A model generated the notes under the pieces. That model made no database searches, had not been told where the DNA came from, and saw only the letters and a list, made by a program, of their open reading frames with translations. Below are positions 16,428 through 26,733 of a stretch of DNA of 52,746 nucleotides, piece by piece. The DNA is from Gemmatimonadota bacterium (GTDB taxonomy: Bacteria; Desulfobacterota; Deferrimicrobia; Deferrimicrobiales; Deferrimicrobiaceae): assembly GCA_050257455.1 (NCBI GenBank), contig JBLMWX010000036.1, forward strand, positions 1 through 52,746. The letters run 5' to 3'. Position numbers and translations under genes: made by a program. Positions within the stretch are counted from its first letter, which is position 1; each line of letters starts with the position of its first letter.

Positions 16428-17636
16428 ATGCCGAAATTCGCGTGGGAAGGGAAGACCAGGACGGGGACCGTGATGACCGGCGAGCTCGAGGCGCCCAACG
16501 AGGCGTTCGTCCTCGCCCAGCTTCGCCGCCAGCAGATTCTCCCGGTCAAGGTCAAGGCCAAGGCGAGGGAGTTCCACCTCAGGCGCCCGGGCTCCGGCAG
16601 GGTCGGCCAGAAGGACCTGGCCATCTTCACCCGGCAGTTCGCCACGATGATCGACGCCGGCCTTCCGCTCGTCCAGTGCCTCGACATCCTCGGATCCCAG
16701 CAGACCAACGCGGCGTTCAAGTCCGCCATCATGAAGGTCAAGGAGGACGTGGAAAGCGGCTCGACGTTCGCCGACGCCCTCGGGAAGCACCCGAGGATCT
16801 TCGACAACCTCTACGTGAACCTCGTCGCCGCCGGCGAGGTCGGCGGGATCCTGGACACGATCCTGGCGCGCCTCGCGACGTACATCGAGAAGGCGCTGAA
16901 GCTCTCCAAGCAGATCAAGGGCGCGATGGTCTACCCGTCGACGATCCTCGCCGTGGCGCTGACGGTGACCACCGTGCTCCTGCTGTACGTCATCCCGATC
17001 TTCGGGAAGATGTTCACGGAGTCGGGGCAGGCCCTGCCGGGGCCGACCCAGTTCGTCATGGACCTGAGCGCCTTCTCGCGGAAATACTTTCTCGTCTTCG
17101 TGGCCGGCATCATCGCGTTGGTCGTCGCCATCCGCGCCTACTACAAGCGGGAGACGGGGCGCCGGAACATCGACCGGCTTCTCCTCAAGGTGCCGGTCCT
17201 GGGAAGCCTGATCCAGCGGATCGCGGTCGCGCGGTTCTCGCGGACGCTCGGGACCATGATCAGCAGCGGCGTCCCCATCCTGGAGAGCATGGATATCGTC
17301 GCCAAGTCCGCGGGCAACAAGATCATCGAGGAGGCCATCGTCCGGGCCCGGGCGAGCATCAGCGAAGGCAAGACGATCGCGGAACCGCTCGCCGAGAGCA
17401 ACGTGTTCCCCGGCATGGTGACGCAGATGGTCGGCGTCGGGGAGGCGACGGGCGCGCTCGACGCGATGCTGAACAAGATCGCGGACTTCTACGACGATGA
17501 GGTGGACGCCGCCGTCGCGGCCCTGACCGCCCTTCTCGAGCCCATGCTGATGATCTTCCTGGGCGTCGTCATCGGCGGGCTCGTCATGGCGATGTACCTG
17601 CCCATCTTCAAGCTGGCCGGAGCGATAGGAGGGTAG
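16428..17636 (+). CDS. pilC: Type IV pilus platform protein PilC (GspF family)
   Basis: 402 aa with two T2SSF repeats and three hydrophobic segments. It directly follows pilT. Confidence 0.9.
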   Translation: MPKFAWEGKTRTGTVMTGELEAPNEAFVLAQLRRQQILPVKVKAKAREFHLRRPGSGRVGQKDLAIFTRQFATMIDAGLPLVQCLDILGSQQTNAAFKSAIMKVKEDVESGSTFADALGKHPRIFDNLYVNLVAAGEVGGILDTILARLATYIEKALKLSKQIKGAMVYPSTILAVALTVTTVLLLYVIPIFGKMFTESGQALPGPTQFVMDLSAFSRKYFLVFVAGIIALVVAIRAYYKRETGRRNIDRLLLKVPVLGSLIQRIAVARFSRTLGTMISSGVPILESMDIVAKSAGNKIIEEAIVRARASISEGKTIAEPLAESNVFPGMVTQMVGVGEATGALDAMLNKIADFYDDEVDAAVAALTALLEPMLMIFLGVVIGGLVMAMYLPIFKLAGAIGG

Positions 17637-17639
17637 GCG

Positions 17640-19316
17640 GTGCCTCCGGTCTCCGCAAGGAGACGTGGGGAGGACGGCGGAGGGGCGCGGAACCTCCTGC
17701 TCCTGCGCACGGGGATCACCTTCGCGCTCCTGGCGTCGGTCGTCTCCGTCCACTTCCGCGACCCCGAGCTTCTCCTGACCCGCGGCTTCCAGTACCTCTA
17801 CGCGGCGGTCGTTCTCTCCTACGGGTGGCTTCTCGTCCGGTACGCCCTGTGGGCGAGCCGGGAGCTCTCCGGCGCGGTCCTGGTCGTCCAGGCGCTGGTC
17901 GACGTGACGTTCGTCTCGATCATCGTCTACGCCACGGGGCTCTTCGACAGCGTGTTCGCCTTCATGTACGGCGTGATCATCCTCCTCGGAAGCATCGAGT
18001 TGTACATGAGGGGCGCGATGCTGTGGGCGGCGCTCTCCGTCGTCTCGTACGTCTCCCTTCTCGTCCTCCAGACCCAGGGGAACCTCCTGCCGCCGGGCGC
18101 CGAGAACGTGCCGCTCCGCTGGGAGAGCGTGGTGCGGCCCGCGCTCACGAACTCCATCGGGTTCCTCATGACGGGGGTTCTCTCGGGTCTCCTCGGCGAG
18201 GACATCCGCAGGACCCGCCGCCGCATCCTCGACCACGAGGGCATCCTCCAGCAGCTGGAATCGTTTCACAAGCACGTCATCGACAACATCCCGTCGGGCA
18301 TCCTGACGACGGACGTCGAGGGGCGCGTGAACCTGGTCAACGACACGGCGTGCCAGATCCTCGAGATGCGCCGGGAGGACGTGACCGGAAGGCCGGTCGA
18401 GAGTCTCATGGCCGGGCTCGCGACCGACGGGACCCGGAGCGAATTCCGCCTGCCGCGGCCGGAGATCGTGTTCCGCAGGGCCGACGGCGCGGAGATCTTC
18501 CTCGGTTTCTCGGCGTCGCCGCTGAAGGACGCGGAGGGAAAGCCGATCGGGCGGGTGATCATCTTCCAGGACCTGACGCCGGTCAAGCAGATGGAGGAGC
18601 GGATCCGTCTCTCCGACCGGCTCGCGGGCGTCGGCGAGCTTGCGGCGGGGCTCGCGCACGAGATCCGGAATCCCCTGGCGTCCATTGCCGGCGCGTCGCA
18701 GATGCTCAAGGAGTCCCCGGGGATCCCCGCGGATTCGAGGCCGCTCCTGGAGATCATCGAGCGGGAGAGCACCCGCCTCAACGGCCTCATCACCGACTTC
18801 CTCGCCTACACCGGGCCGTCGCTCAAGAGCAGCGGCTCCGTGCGTCTCGGCGACGTGATGGCGGAGATCGTCGAGGCGGTGCGGGCCGGCGAGGCCCGGG
18901 AGAAGGGCGTCGAGGTCGAGACGCTGTCGATGAGCGACGTGAGCGTGGAGGGAGACGCGGAGCAGCTGAAGCAGGTCATCTGGAACCTGGTGCGCAACGC
19001 CATCCAGGCCACCCCCGCGGGCGGGAAGGTCCGGCTCGACCTGCTCTCCCAGGTCCGGCACGGGGAGCGGTACGCGGTCGCGACGGTGAGCGATACCGGG
19101 CAGGGGATCGAGCCCCACATCATGGGGAAGATCTTCAACCCCTTCTACACGTCCAAGGAAGGGGGGACGGGCCTCGGGCTCGCCATCTCGCAGAGAATCG
19201 TCCACGTCCATCGCGGATTCGTCGAGGTCAAGTCGGCTCCCGGCCACGGCAGCGTCTTCTCGGTCTTCCTCCCCGAGTGTCGCGAGGCGGTCCATGCCGG
19301 CTCCTCCGGCTCCTGA
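17640..19316 (+). CDS. pilS: Membrane sensor histidine kinase, PilS-like by position
   Basis: GTG start, a multi-TM N-terminus, and a PAS region. The H box is AHEIRNPLASI, with N/G boxes NLVRNAIQA, DTGQGI and GTGLGLA. Confidence 0.65.
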   Translation: MPPVSARRRGEDGGGARNLLLLRTGITFALLASVVSVHFRDPELLLTRGFQYLYAAVVLSYGWLLVRYALWASRELSGAVLVVQALVDVTFVSIIVYATGLFDSVFAFMYGVIILLGSIELYMRGAMLWAALSVVSYVSLLVLQTQGNLLPPGAENVPLRWESVVRPALTNSIGFLMTGVLSGLLGEDIRRTRRRILDHEGILQQLESFHKHVIDNIPSGILTTDVEGRVNLVNDTACQILEMRREDVTGRPVESLMAGLATDGTRSEFRLPRPEIVFRRADGAEIFLGFSASPLKDAEGKPIGRVIIFQDLTPVKQMEERIRLSDRLAGVGELAAGLAHEIRNPLASIAGASQMLKESPGIPADSRPLLEIIERESTRLNGLITDFLAYTGPSLKSSGSVRLGDVMAEIVEAVRAGEAREKGVEVETLSMSDVSVEGDAEQLKQVIWNLVRNAIQATPAGGKVRLDLLSQVRHGERYAVATVSDTGQGIEPHIMGKIFNPFYTSKEGGTGLGLAISQRIVHVHRGFVEVKSAPGHGSVFSVFLPECREAVHAGSSGS

Positions 19317-20640
19317 AGCGCGCGTCACGGTCGTCGGCGCGGGGCTGGCCGGGTCCGAGGCGGCCCTTCTCCTCTCGGCCGCCGGCGTCTCCGTCGAGCT
19401 CGCGGAGATGCGGCCGGGCCTCTCGTCGGCCGCCCACCGGACGGGGCTCTTCGCCGAGCTCGTCTGCAGCAACTCCCTCGGGTCCGACGCGATCGAGACG
19501 GGGAAGGGCCTTCTCAAGGCCGAGCTGCGCGCTCTCGGCTCGAACCTGCTGGCGCTCGCGGAGGGCGCCAGGATCCCTGCCGGGAGGGCGCTCGCGGTGG
19601 ACCGGGACGCCTTTGCGGCGCTCGTGACGGAAGCCGTCCGGTCCCGGCCGAACGTGCGGGTCGCGGCGCGCGAGGTCCGGCGGATCCCGGACGATCCCCT
19701 CGTCGTCCTGGCGTGCGGCCCGCTCCCGTCGGACGCCCTCGCGGCGTCCGTCGCGGAGCTCCTGGGGGACGACGGGCTCTATTTCTACGACGCGATCTCC
19801 CCGATCATCGACGCCGCGACGATCGACTGGGACGCGGGGTTCTTCGCCGACCGCTACGGGGAGGGAGCCGGGGACTATCTCAACCTGCCGATGGACCGGG
19901 AGCGCTACGAGGCGTTCCTCGCGGCCCTTCTCTCCGCGCGCGTCGTCCCGGCCCGCCATTTCGAGGAGGAGAGATACTTCGAATCGTGCATGCCCATCGA
20001 GGTCATCGCGCGCCGGGGCCCCGAGACCCTGCTGTTCGGCCCCTTGAGACCGGTGGGCCTGCGCGACCCGCGGACGGGAAGGACGCCGTGCGCCGTCGTC
20101 CAGCTGAGGAAGGAGAACGCGGCGGGGACGATGTACAACCTCGTCGGATTCCAGACGAGGCTCGCCCACCCGGAACAGGAGCGGGTGTTCTCGATGATCC
20201 CCGGGCTCTCGCGGGCGACGTTCCTGCGGCACGGGTCCGTCCACCGGAACGCTTTCGTGGACGCGCGGCGCCATTTGCATCCGTGGATGGAGTGCCGCGC
20301 GCGGCGGGGACTCTTCTTCGCGGGCCAGATCACGGGCGTGGAAGGGTACGTCGAGTCGATCGCGTCCGGATTCGTCGCGGGGGTGGCGGCTGCGGCCCGG
20401 GCGTCGGGCGCGGAGCCCCCGGTCTTCCCCGACGCGTCGATGACCGGCTCGTTGATGCGGCACATCACGACCCCGGGGCCCGGCGCCTTCCAGCCGATGA
20501 ACGCCAACTTCGGCCTTCTTCCCGAAGGACCTCCGGGCCGGAAGCGCGAGCGGAAGGCGCGGCAGGCGGCCGCGGCCCTCGACGCGATCGGCCGGTTCGG
20601 CAGGAACTTCTTCAAATATAGTCCCTTATGTGTTAAATAA
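19294..20640 (+). CDS. trmFO: Methylenetetrahydrofolate--tRNA-(uracil-5)-methyltransferase TrmFO
   Basis: 448 aa with VVGAGLAGSEAA, ELVCSNSLGS and GQITGVEGYVES. The start overlaps the pilS 3' end by 23 nt. Confidence 0.9.
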   Translation: MPAPPAPEARVTVVGAGLAGSEAALLLSAAGVSVELAEMRPGLSSAAHRTGLFAELVCSNSLGSDAIETGKGLLKAELRALGSNLLALAEGARIPAGRALAVDRDAFAALVTEAVRSRPNVRVAAREVRRIPDDPLVVLACGPLPSDALAASVAELLGDDGLYFYDAISPIIDAATIDWDAGFFADRYGEGAGDYLNLPMDRERYEAFLAALLSARVVPARHFEEERYFESCMPIEVIARRGPETLLFGPLRPVGLRDPRTGRTPCAVVQLRKENAAGTMYNLVGFQTRLAHPEQERVFSMIPGLSRATFLRHGSVHRNAFVDARRHLHPWMECRARRGLFFAGQITGVEGYVESIASGFVAGVAAAARASGAEPPVFPDASMTGSLMRHITTPGPGAFQPMNANFGLLPEGPPGRKRERKARQAAAALDAIGRFGRNFFKYSPLCVK

Positions 20641-20676
20641 TGTCTTTTCCTTTTCGGGAAAGGACCACGTAGGGGA

Positions 20677-21780
20677 TTGGATTCCGCCATCGCCCAGTTC
20701 TCCCGGTTTCTGCACGCGGAGCGCAACGCTTCCCCGGAGACGGTGAGGGCCTACCTGCGGGAGGTCGGGGCCCTGCACGCGTTCCTGTCCGGCGGGCGCG
20801 CGGCCGGAGCCGGCGCGGGCCGGCCGGCCGGCGGCGAGACCTTTCCGGGATGGGGCGGCGTCACGGCGTCCGACATTCGCCGCTACGTCGCGTTGCGGCT
20901 TACGGGCCGGAAGGGGACGACGGTGGCGCGGTCCGTCGCGGCCGTCAGGACGTTCTTCTCGTTCCTGGCCGCGCAGGGCGCGGTCCGCGAGAACCCGGCC
21001 GCCGGGATCTGGGCGCCGCGCCGCGAAGACCGGCTCCCCGAGTTCCTCCCCGTCGACGAGATGATGGATCTTCTGCGCTCGCTCCCCGGGGGCGGGGAGC
21101 TCGAGAAGCGGGACGCGGCGATCCTGGAACTGCTTTACTCCTCCGGCCTTCGCGTCGGCGAGCTCGTCGCGCTGCGCCGCGGGGACGTGTCGGCGGCCGA
21201 GGGGACGGCGCGCGTGACGGGGAAGGGGAGGAAGGTGAGGATCGTCCCGGTCGGATCCCAGGCGGTGCGGGCCCTGGCGGCGTACCTGGAGGCGCGCTCT
21301 TCGCGGTTGGCCGCGGCCGACGACGACGCCGACGGGCCGTTGTTCCTCAACGCGCGCGGGGGGAGGCTCTCGGCCCGGAGCGTGGCGCGGATCCTCGAGG
21401 GGGCGCTTGCGCGCGTCGGGGCGAGACGGCGCCTGTCGCCGCACGGGATCAGGCACTCGTTCGCGACGCACCTTCTGGAGTCGGGGGCCGACCTGCGCGC
21501 CATCCAGGAGATGCTGGGGCACGCCTCGCTCTCGACGACCCAGCGGTATGCCCGGGTCAACGTGAGCCACCTCGTCCGCGCCTACGAGGACGCGCATCCA
21601 AGGGCTCGGGCCCGGTCTTCGGGAGGCCCGAGCCCGCAGTCCCGCGATAGCGGGACGAGAGCTCAGCAAATGCCGTCAGGGAGCCCGGGCCCGCAGTCCC
21701 GCGCGAGCGGGACGGAAGCGGGGCGCAGCCGGGGTGGAGCGAGAGCAGGCGCGGGGGCCAAGGGAGGGAAGCGGCCGTGA
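20677..21780 (+). CDS. xerC: Tyrosine recombinase XerC with a ~58-codon non-canonical C-terminal extension
   Basis: TTG start. Motifs [25 protein letters not shown] and [15 protein letters not shown] are present. The canonical ...AHPRA end is at 21606, but the frame stays open until it overlaps the hslV start. Confidence 0.85.
   Translation: MDSAIAQFSRFLHAERNASPETVRAYLREVGALHAFLSGGRAAGAGAGRPAGGETFPGWGGVTASDIRRYVALRLTGRKGTTVARSVAAVRTFFSFLAAQGAVRENPAAGIWAPRREDRLPEFLPVDEMMDLLRSLPGGGELEKRDAAILELLYSSGLRVGELVALRRGDVSAAEGTARVTGKGRKVRIVPVGSQAVRALAAYLEARSSRLAAADDDADGPLFLNARGGRLSARSVARILEGALARVGARRRLSPHGIRHSFATHLLESGADLRAIQEMLGHASLSTTQRYARVNVSHLVRAYEDAHPRARARSSGGPSPQSRDSGTRAQQMPSGSPGPQSRASGTEAGRSRGGARAGAGAKGGKRP
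21632..21713. repeat. Two copies of a hairpin-forming direct repeat (REP-like) inside the xerC tail
   Basis: GCCCGCAGTCCCGCG-AGCGGGACG occurs twice, 57 nt apart. Each copy folds as GTCCCGC-(GATA or GCGA)-GCGGGAC, at 21639-21656 and 21696-21713. Confidence 0.7.
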
Positions 21781-22319
21781 CCGAAACCCGGGGAACGACG
21801 ATCGTGGCGGTGTCGCGGAACGGCCGCGTTGCGATGGCGGGCGACGGCCAGGTGACGCTCGGCGCCACGGTTCTCAAACACACGGCGCGGAAGATCCGCC
21901 GGCTTCACGAGGACCGGGTGCTGGCCGGCTTCGCGGGGGCGACCGCGGATGCCTTCACGCTGTTCGAGCGGTTCGAGGGGAAGCTGGGCGAGTTCCGCGG
22001 GAACATGCGGCGGGCGGCCGTCGAGCTCGCGAAGGAGTGGCGGACGGACCGCGTCCTCCGGCGGCTGGACGCGCTCATGGTCGTCACGGACGGGAAGGAT
22101 CTCATGCTCCTATCCGGGGGCGGCGACGTCGTGGAACCCGACGATGGCGCGATCGGGGTCGGGTCCGGGGGACCGTACGCGCTGGCGGCGGCGCGGGCCC
22201 TGCTCCGGCACACGGCGCTGCCCGCCGCCGAGATCGCGCGGGAGGCGCTGATGATCGCCGCGGGGATCTGCGTGTACACCAACGAGAACGCGACGGTCGA
22301 GGAGATCGCGGCGCCGTGA
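21777..22319 (+). CDS. hslV: ATP-dependent protease subunit HslV
   Basis: The GTG start overlaps the xerC stop. A short propeptide, MTETRG, precedes the catalytic TTIVAV. A GGAGG-like AGGGAGGGA lies upstream. Confidence 0.9.
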   Translation: MTETRGTTIVAVSRNGRVAMAGDGQVTLGATVLKHTARKIRRLHEDRVLAGFAGATADAFTLFERFEGKLGEFRGNMRRAAVELAKEWRTDRVLRRLDALMVVTDGKDLMLLSGGGDVVEPDDGAIGVGSGGPYALAAARALLRHTALPAAEIAREALMIAAGICVYTNENATVEEIAAP

Positions 22320-23701
22320 CCGGCGGGAATCCCGGCACGGGCGGGCCGCGCCCCTTGTCGCCCCGCGAGATCGTCGCGGAGCTCGACCGGTTCATCGTAG
22401 GGCAGCGCAACGCGAAGCGCGCGGTGGCGATCGCCCTCCGGAACCGGTGGCGCCGCCGGGAGGTGCCGCAGGAGCTCCGGGAGGAAATCGCGCCGAAGAA
22501 CATCATCATGGTGGGCCCCACGGGCGTCGGGAAGACGGAGATCGCGCGCCGCCTCGCGCGGCTCGCGCAGGCGCCGTTCGTGAAGGTCGAGGCGTCCAAG
22601 TTCACCGAGGTCGGCTACGTGGGCCGCGACGTGGAGGGGATGATCCGCGACCTGGTCGACATCGCGGTCCACATGGTCAGGGCGGAGGAGGAGGAGAAGG
22701 TGGCGGCGCGGGCGCGCGCGGCCGCCGAGGAGCGGCTCCTGGACATCCTGCTTCCCCCGCCGCCCCCTGCGCGGGCGGGGGAAGCGCCTCCCGGGGAGAC
22801 CGGCGAGGGGCGGCCGGGGCGGGAGTCGCGCGAGCGGCTTCGCGCGATGCTTCGCGAGGGAAAGCTCTCCGAGCGGACGGTGGACGTCGAGATCCGCGAG
22901 AGCGCCATGCCCCCGATCGACCTGGTCGGAGTGGCGGGGGCGGGCGAGGGGATCGAGGGGAGCCTGCAGGAGATGCTCGGCGGGCTCTTCCCGAAGAAGG
23001 TGCGCCGGAAGAAGATGAAGGTGCCGGAGGCGATCGCCTTCCTCGAGAAGGAGGAGGCGGCCCGGATGATCGACATGGACCAGGTGAAGCGGATGGCGGT
23101 CGAGCGGACGGAGCAGAGCGGGATCGTCTTTCTCGACGAGATCGACAAGATCGCGGGCCGGGAGTCGGCGGCGGGCCCGGACGTCTCGCGCCAGGGGGTC
23201 CAGCGCGACCTTTTGCCCGTCGTGGAGGGGTCCAACGTGAACACGAAGCACGGGATGGTCCGCACCGACCACATCCTGTTCATCGCGGCCGGGGCGTTCC
23301 ACACGGCGAAGCCGTCCGACCTGGTCCCGGAGCTCCAGGGGCGCTTCCCGATCCGGGTCGAGCTCGACACGCTGACGAAGGGCGACTTCGTGCGCATCCT
23401 GACCGAGCCGCACGGGGCGCTGACCCGCCAGTACGCCGCGCTCCTGGCGACCGAGGGCGTGACGCTCTCCTTCACGCCGGACGCGGTGGACCGGATCGCG
23501 GCCATGGCGTGCGAGGTGAACGACCGGACGGAGAACATCGGCGCGCGGCGGCTGCACACGATCATGGAGAAGCTGCTCGAGGACCTGCTCTTCACGGCCC
23601 CCGAGATCGCGGGCCGGGAGATCGTCATCCCGGCGTCGTACGTGGACGAGAAGCTGGCGGGAATCGTCCGCGACGTGGACATGAGCCGCTACATCCTGTA
23701 G
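22316..23701 (+). CDS. hslU: ATP-dependent protease ATPase subunit HslU
   Basis: A GTGA overlap joins it to the hslV stop. Motifs [36 protein letters not shown] and FLDEIDKI are present. Confidence 0.9.
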   Translation: MTGGNPGTGGPRPLSPREIVAELDRFIVGQRNAKRAVAIALRNRWRRREVPQELREEIAPKNIIMVGPTGVGKTEIARRLARLAQAPFVKVEASKFTEVGYVGRDVEGMIRDLVDIAVHMVRAEEEEKVAARARAAAEERLLDILLPPPPPARAGEAPPGETGEGRPGRESRERLRAMLREGKLSERTVDVEIRESAMPPIDLVGVAGAGEGIEGSLQEMLGGLFPKKVRRKKMKVPEAIAFLEKEEAARMIDMDQVKRMAVERTEQSGIVFLDEIDKIAGRESAAGPDVSRQGVQRDLLPVVEGSNVNTKHGMVRTDHILFIAAGAFHTAKPSDLVPELQGRFPIRVELDTLTKGDFVRILTEPHGALTRQYAALLATEGVTLSFTPDAVDRIAAMACEVNDRTENIGARRLHTIMEKLLEDLLFTAPEIAGREIVIPASYVDEKLAGIVRDVDMSRYIL

Positions 23702-23717
23702 GGGAGCGGGGGACGGG

Positions 23718-24599
23718 ATGAAGGGGTACATCCAGAAGGCCGAAACGCTCATCGAGGCGCTCCCGTACATCCGGGAGTTCAACGGGAAGACGATCGTCGT
23801 CAAGTACGGCGGCGCCGCGATGGCGGGCGACGACCGGATGGCGTCGTTCGCGGAGGACATCGTCCTCCTGCAGTTCGTCGGGATTCGCCCGGTCGTCGTC
23901 CACGGGGGCGGGCCGCAGATCGACCGGATGCTCGCCGCCCTCAACATCCCGTCCGAGCGCAGGAGCGGCCTGCGCGTGACGTCTCCCCCCGCGATGGAAG
24001 TCGTCGAGATGGTCCTCGGGGGGACGGTCAACAAGAAGATCGTCGCCCTCATCAACAGGTTCGGGGGGAAGGCCGTCGGCCTCACCGGGAAGGACGCGGA
24101 CCTCCTCCGCGCGCGGAAGCTGTTCGCGTCGGGGGAGGGCGGCGCGGCGATCGATCTCGGCCTCGTGGGAGACGTGACGGAGGTGCGCCCCGCGGTGATC
24201 CGGGCGCTCGAGGCGGACGGATTCGTGCCCGTCATCGCCCCGATCGGCGTGGGCCCGGAGGGAGAGGCCTACAACATCAACGGGGACACCGCCGCCGCGG
24301 CGGTCGCGGCGGCGCTCGCGGCCGAGAAGCTCATCCTTCTCACGGACGTCGAGGGAATCCGGGACAGCGCGGGGAGCCTCGTCTCCACGATGACGGTGAC
24401 GTCCGCCGCGGCCGCGATCGCGGACGGCACCGTCACGGGGGGGATGATCCCGAAGGTCGAGTGCGGCCTCACCGCGCTGCGGAAGGGGGTCCGGAAGGTC
24501 CACGTCCTGGACGGGCGCGTCCCGCACAGCGTGCTCCTCGAAATCTTCACGGACGCCGGGATCGGCACCGAGATCACGCGGGAAGACGCGGAAGGATAG
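23718..24599 (+). CDS. argB: Acetylglutamate kinase
   Basis: 293 aa with [12 protein letters not shown] and overall amino-acid-kinase fold signatures. Confidence 0.9.
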   Translation: MKGYIQKAETLIEALPYIREFNGKTIVVKYGGAAMAGDDRMASFAEDIVLLQFVGIRPVVVHGGGPQIDRMLAALNIPSERRSGLRVTSPPAMEVVEMVLGGTVNKKIVALINRFGGKAVGLTGKDADLLRARKLFASGEGGAAIDLGLVGDVTEVRPAVIRALEADGFVPVIAPIGVGPEGEAYNINGDTAAAAVAAALAAEKLILLTDVEGIRDSAGSLVSTMTVTSAAAAIADGTVTGGMIPKVECGLTALRKGVRKVHVLDGRVPHSVLLEIFTDAGIGTEITREDAEG

Positions 24600-24603
24600 G
24601 AGG

Positions 24604-25803
24604 ATGAAGAACGCGGACGTCGTCGCCATGACCGGAAGGTTCCAGATGCCCAACTACGCCCGGTTTCCCGTCGCGTTCGTCCGCGGCGAGGGCGCGCGGC
24701 TGTTCGACGCCGACGGGAAGGAGTACCTCGACCTGCTCGGCGGGATCGCCGTCGCGCTCCTCGGGCACGCGCACCCCGGGGTGGCGCGGGCGGTGTGCCG
24801 GCAGGCCGAAAGCCTGGTCCACGTCTCCAACCTGTTTCACGTGCCGGTCCAGTCCGAGGTCGGCGCGCTTCTGTCCGACGCGACTACGGGCGGGAAGGTG
24901 TTCTTCTGCAACAGCGGGACGGAGGCGAACGAGGCGGCAATCAAGCTGGCCCGCAAGCACGCGGCCGACCGGGGGCGGGACGGGGCCCACGCGATCGTCG
25001 TGGTCGACGGCTCGTTCCACGGGCGCACCTACGGCGGCCTGTCCGCCACCGCGCAGCCCAGGTACCACCAGGGGTTCGAGCCGATGCTTCCGGGTTTCCG
25101 GACCGTCCCCTTCGGCGACTCGGCGGCGCTGGAGCGCGCGCTGGACGGCTCCGTCTGCGCCTTCTTCGTCGAGCCGATCCAGGGGGAGAGCGGCGTGCGG
25201 ATGCACCCCGCGGGATATCTCGCCGAGGCGGCCCGGATCTGCCGCGAGCGCGGGGTCCTCTTCGTCGCCGACGAGATCCAGACGGGCCTCGGCCGGACGG
25301 GAGCGTTCCTCGCGAGCACGTGGTCCGGGGTCACGCCCGACATCGTGACCCTGGCCAAGGGGCTGGCGAACGGCCTGCCGCTCGGGGCGGTGGTGGCCCG
25401 CGAGGACGTGGCGGCGTCGTTCGGGCCGGGTTCCCACGGGAGCACCTTCGGCGGCAGCCCCGTCTGCTGTGCCGCGTCGAAGGTCGTCCTCGAGACGGTC
25501 GCGTCGCCGGGGTTCCTGGACGAGGTGCGCCGGAAGGGCGACCTTCTCGCGGCCCGGCTGGAAGCCCTCGCCGCGCGCCGGGCCGACATCCGGGACGTGC
25601 GGGGGATGGGCCTCATGCGCGCGGTGGAGATGACGTGCGAGACACGGGAGATCGCGGGGCGGTGCCTCGACAGGGGGCTCGTCGTCGGCAGCAGCGCCGG
25701 AACCGTCATCCGGTTCCTCCCTCCGCTCACGGTGACGGACGACGAGATCGAGCGGGGCCTGGCGCTCCTCGAGGCATGTCTCCCGGCGGAGGGCCGCCGA
25801 TGA
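24604..25803 (+). CDS. argD: Acetylornithine aminotransferase
   Basis: 399 aa with FCNSGTEANEAAIKLARK, DEIQTGLGRTG and TLAKGLANG (the PLP lysine). Confidence 0.9.
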   Translation: MKNADVVAMTGRFQMPNYARFPVAFVRGEGARLFDADGKEYLDLLGGIAVALLGHAHPGVARAVCRQAESLVHVSNLFHVPVQSEVGALLSDATTGGKVFFCNSGTEANEAAIKLARKHAADRGRDGAHAIVVVDGSFHGRTYGGLSATAQPRYHQGFEPMLPGFRTVPFGDSAALERALDGSVCAFFVEPIQGESGVRMHPAGYLAEAARICRERGVLFVADEIQTGLGRTGAFLASTWSGVTPDIVTLAKGLANGLPLGAVVAREDVAASFGPGSHGSTFGGSPVCCAASKVVLETVASPGFLDEVRRKGDLLAARLEALAARRADIRDVRGMGLMRAVEMTCETREIAGRCLDRGLVVGSSAGTVIRFLPPLTVTDDEIERGLALLEACLPAEGRR

Positions 25804-26714
25804 GGAAGGACCTGCTCCGGGTGCTCGACCTGTCGTCCCGCGCGGTCCTGGCCCTCATCGACTCCGGGATCGCGTGGAAGCGCCGGGGTGCCGGCCGGAA
25901 GGCGCCGCGTCCGCTGGCGGGAAGGACGCTGGCGATGATCTTCCAGAAGGCGTCGACGCGGACGCGGGTGTCCTTCGAGGTCGGGATGGCCCGCCTCGGC
26001 GGCCACGCGCTGTTCCTCTCGCCCGCGGACACCCAGATCGGCCGGGGCGAGCCGGTCCGGGACACGGCGCGGGTTCTGTCGCGCTACGTCGACGCGATCC
26101 TGATCCGGACGTTCGCGCACGCGATCGCCGAGGAGATGGCCGCGTCGTCGTCCGTGCCGGTGATCAACGGGCTCACCGACGGCCACCACCCGTGCCAGGT
26201 CCTGGCCGACCTCATGACGGCCCGCGAGCGGGGGATCGACCTGAGGCGGATGACCGTCGCCTTCGTCGGGGACGGCAACAACGTGGCCAACTCGTGGGTC
26301 GAGGCCGCGCAGCTCCTCGGGTTCGCGCTCCGGGTCGCGTGCCCCCGCGGGTTCGAGCCCGACCCGTCCGTCATGCGGGAGGCGGCGCGGGCGGGGAAGG
26401 GCGACGTCCGGATCGTCCGGGATCCCGCGGAGGCCGCGCGGGGCGCCGACGTTCTCTACACGGACGTCTGGACGAGCATGGGACAGGAGAAGGAGCGCCG
26501 CCGGCGCCTGGCCGCCTTCCGCGGCTACCGCATCGACGCAACGCTCCTCCGGGCCGCCCGGAAGGACGCGATCGTCATGCATTGCCTGCCCGCCCATCGC
26601 GGGGAGGAGATCACCGACGAAGTCATGGAAGGGCCGCGATCGGCCGTCTTCGACGAGGCGGAAAACCGGCTTTACGCCCAGATGGCGGTCCTCGAGAAGT
26701 TAATCCCTCACTGA
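25800..26714 (+). CDS. argF: Ornithine carbamoyltransferase
   Basis: An ATGA overlap joins it to the argD stop. Motifs [20 protein letters not shown] and [10 protein letters not shown] are present. Confidence 0.9.
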   Translation: MRKDLLRVLDLSSRAVLALIDSGIAWKRRGAGRKAPRPLAGRTLAMIFQKASTRTRVSFEVGMARLGGHALFLSPADTQIGRGEPVRDTARVLSRYVDAILIRTFAHAIAEEMAASSSVPVINGLTDGHHPCQVLADLMTARERGIDLRRMTVAFVGDGNNVANSWVEAAQLLGFALRVACPRGFEPDPSVMREAARAGKGDVRIVRDPAEAARGADVLYTDVWTSMGQEKERRRRLAAFRGYRIDATLLRAARKDAIVMHCLPAHRGEEITDEVMEGPRSAVFDEAENRLYAQMAVLEKLIPH

Positions 26715-26733
26715 CCCGACGGAGGAGACGGCT

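Noticed and set aside
16347-19517. A 1056-aa minus-strand ORF antisense to pilC and pilS.
   Set aside because: It has shadow-ORF composition with no motifs, whereas pilC and pilS are well supported on the plus strand.
21632-21713. Possibility that the repeated hairpin units are a mini CRISPR array.
   Set aside because: There are only two units, the spacing is irregular for a CRISPR array, the units lie inside an ORF, and no cas genes are present.
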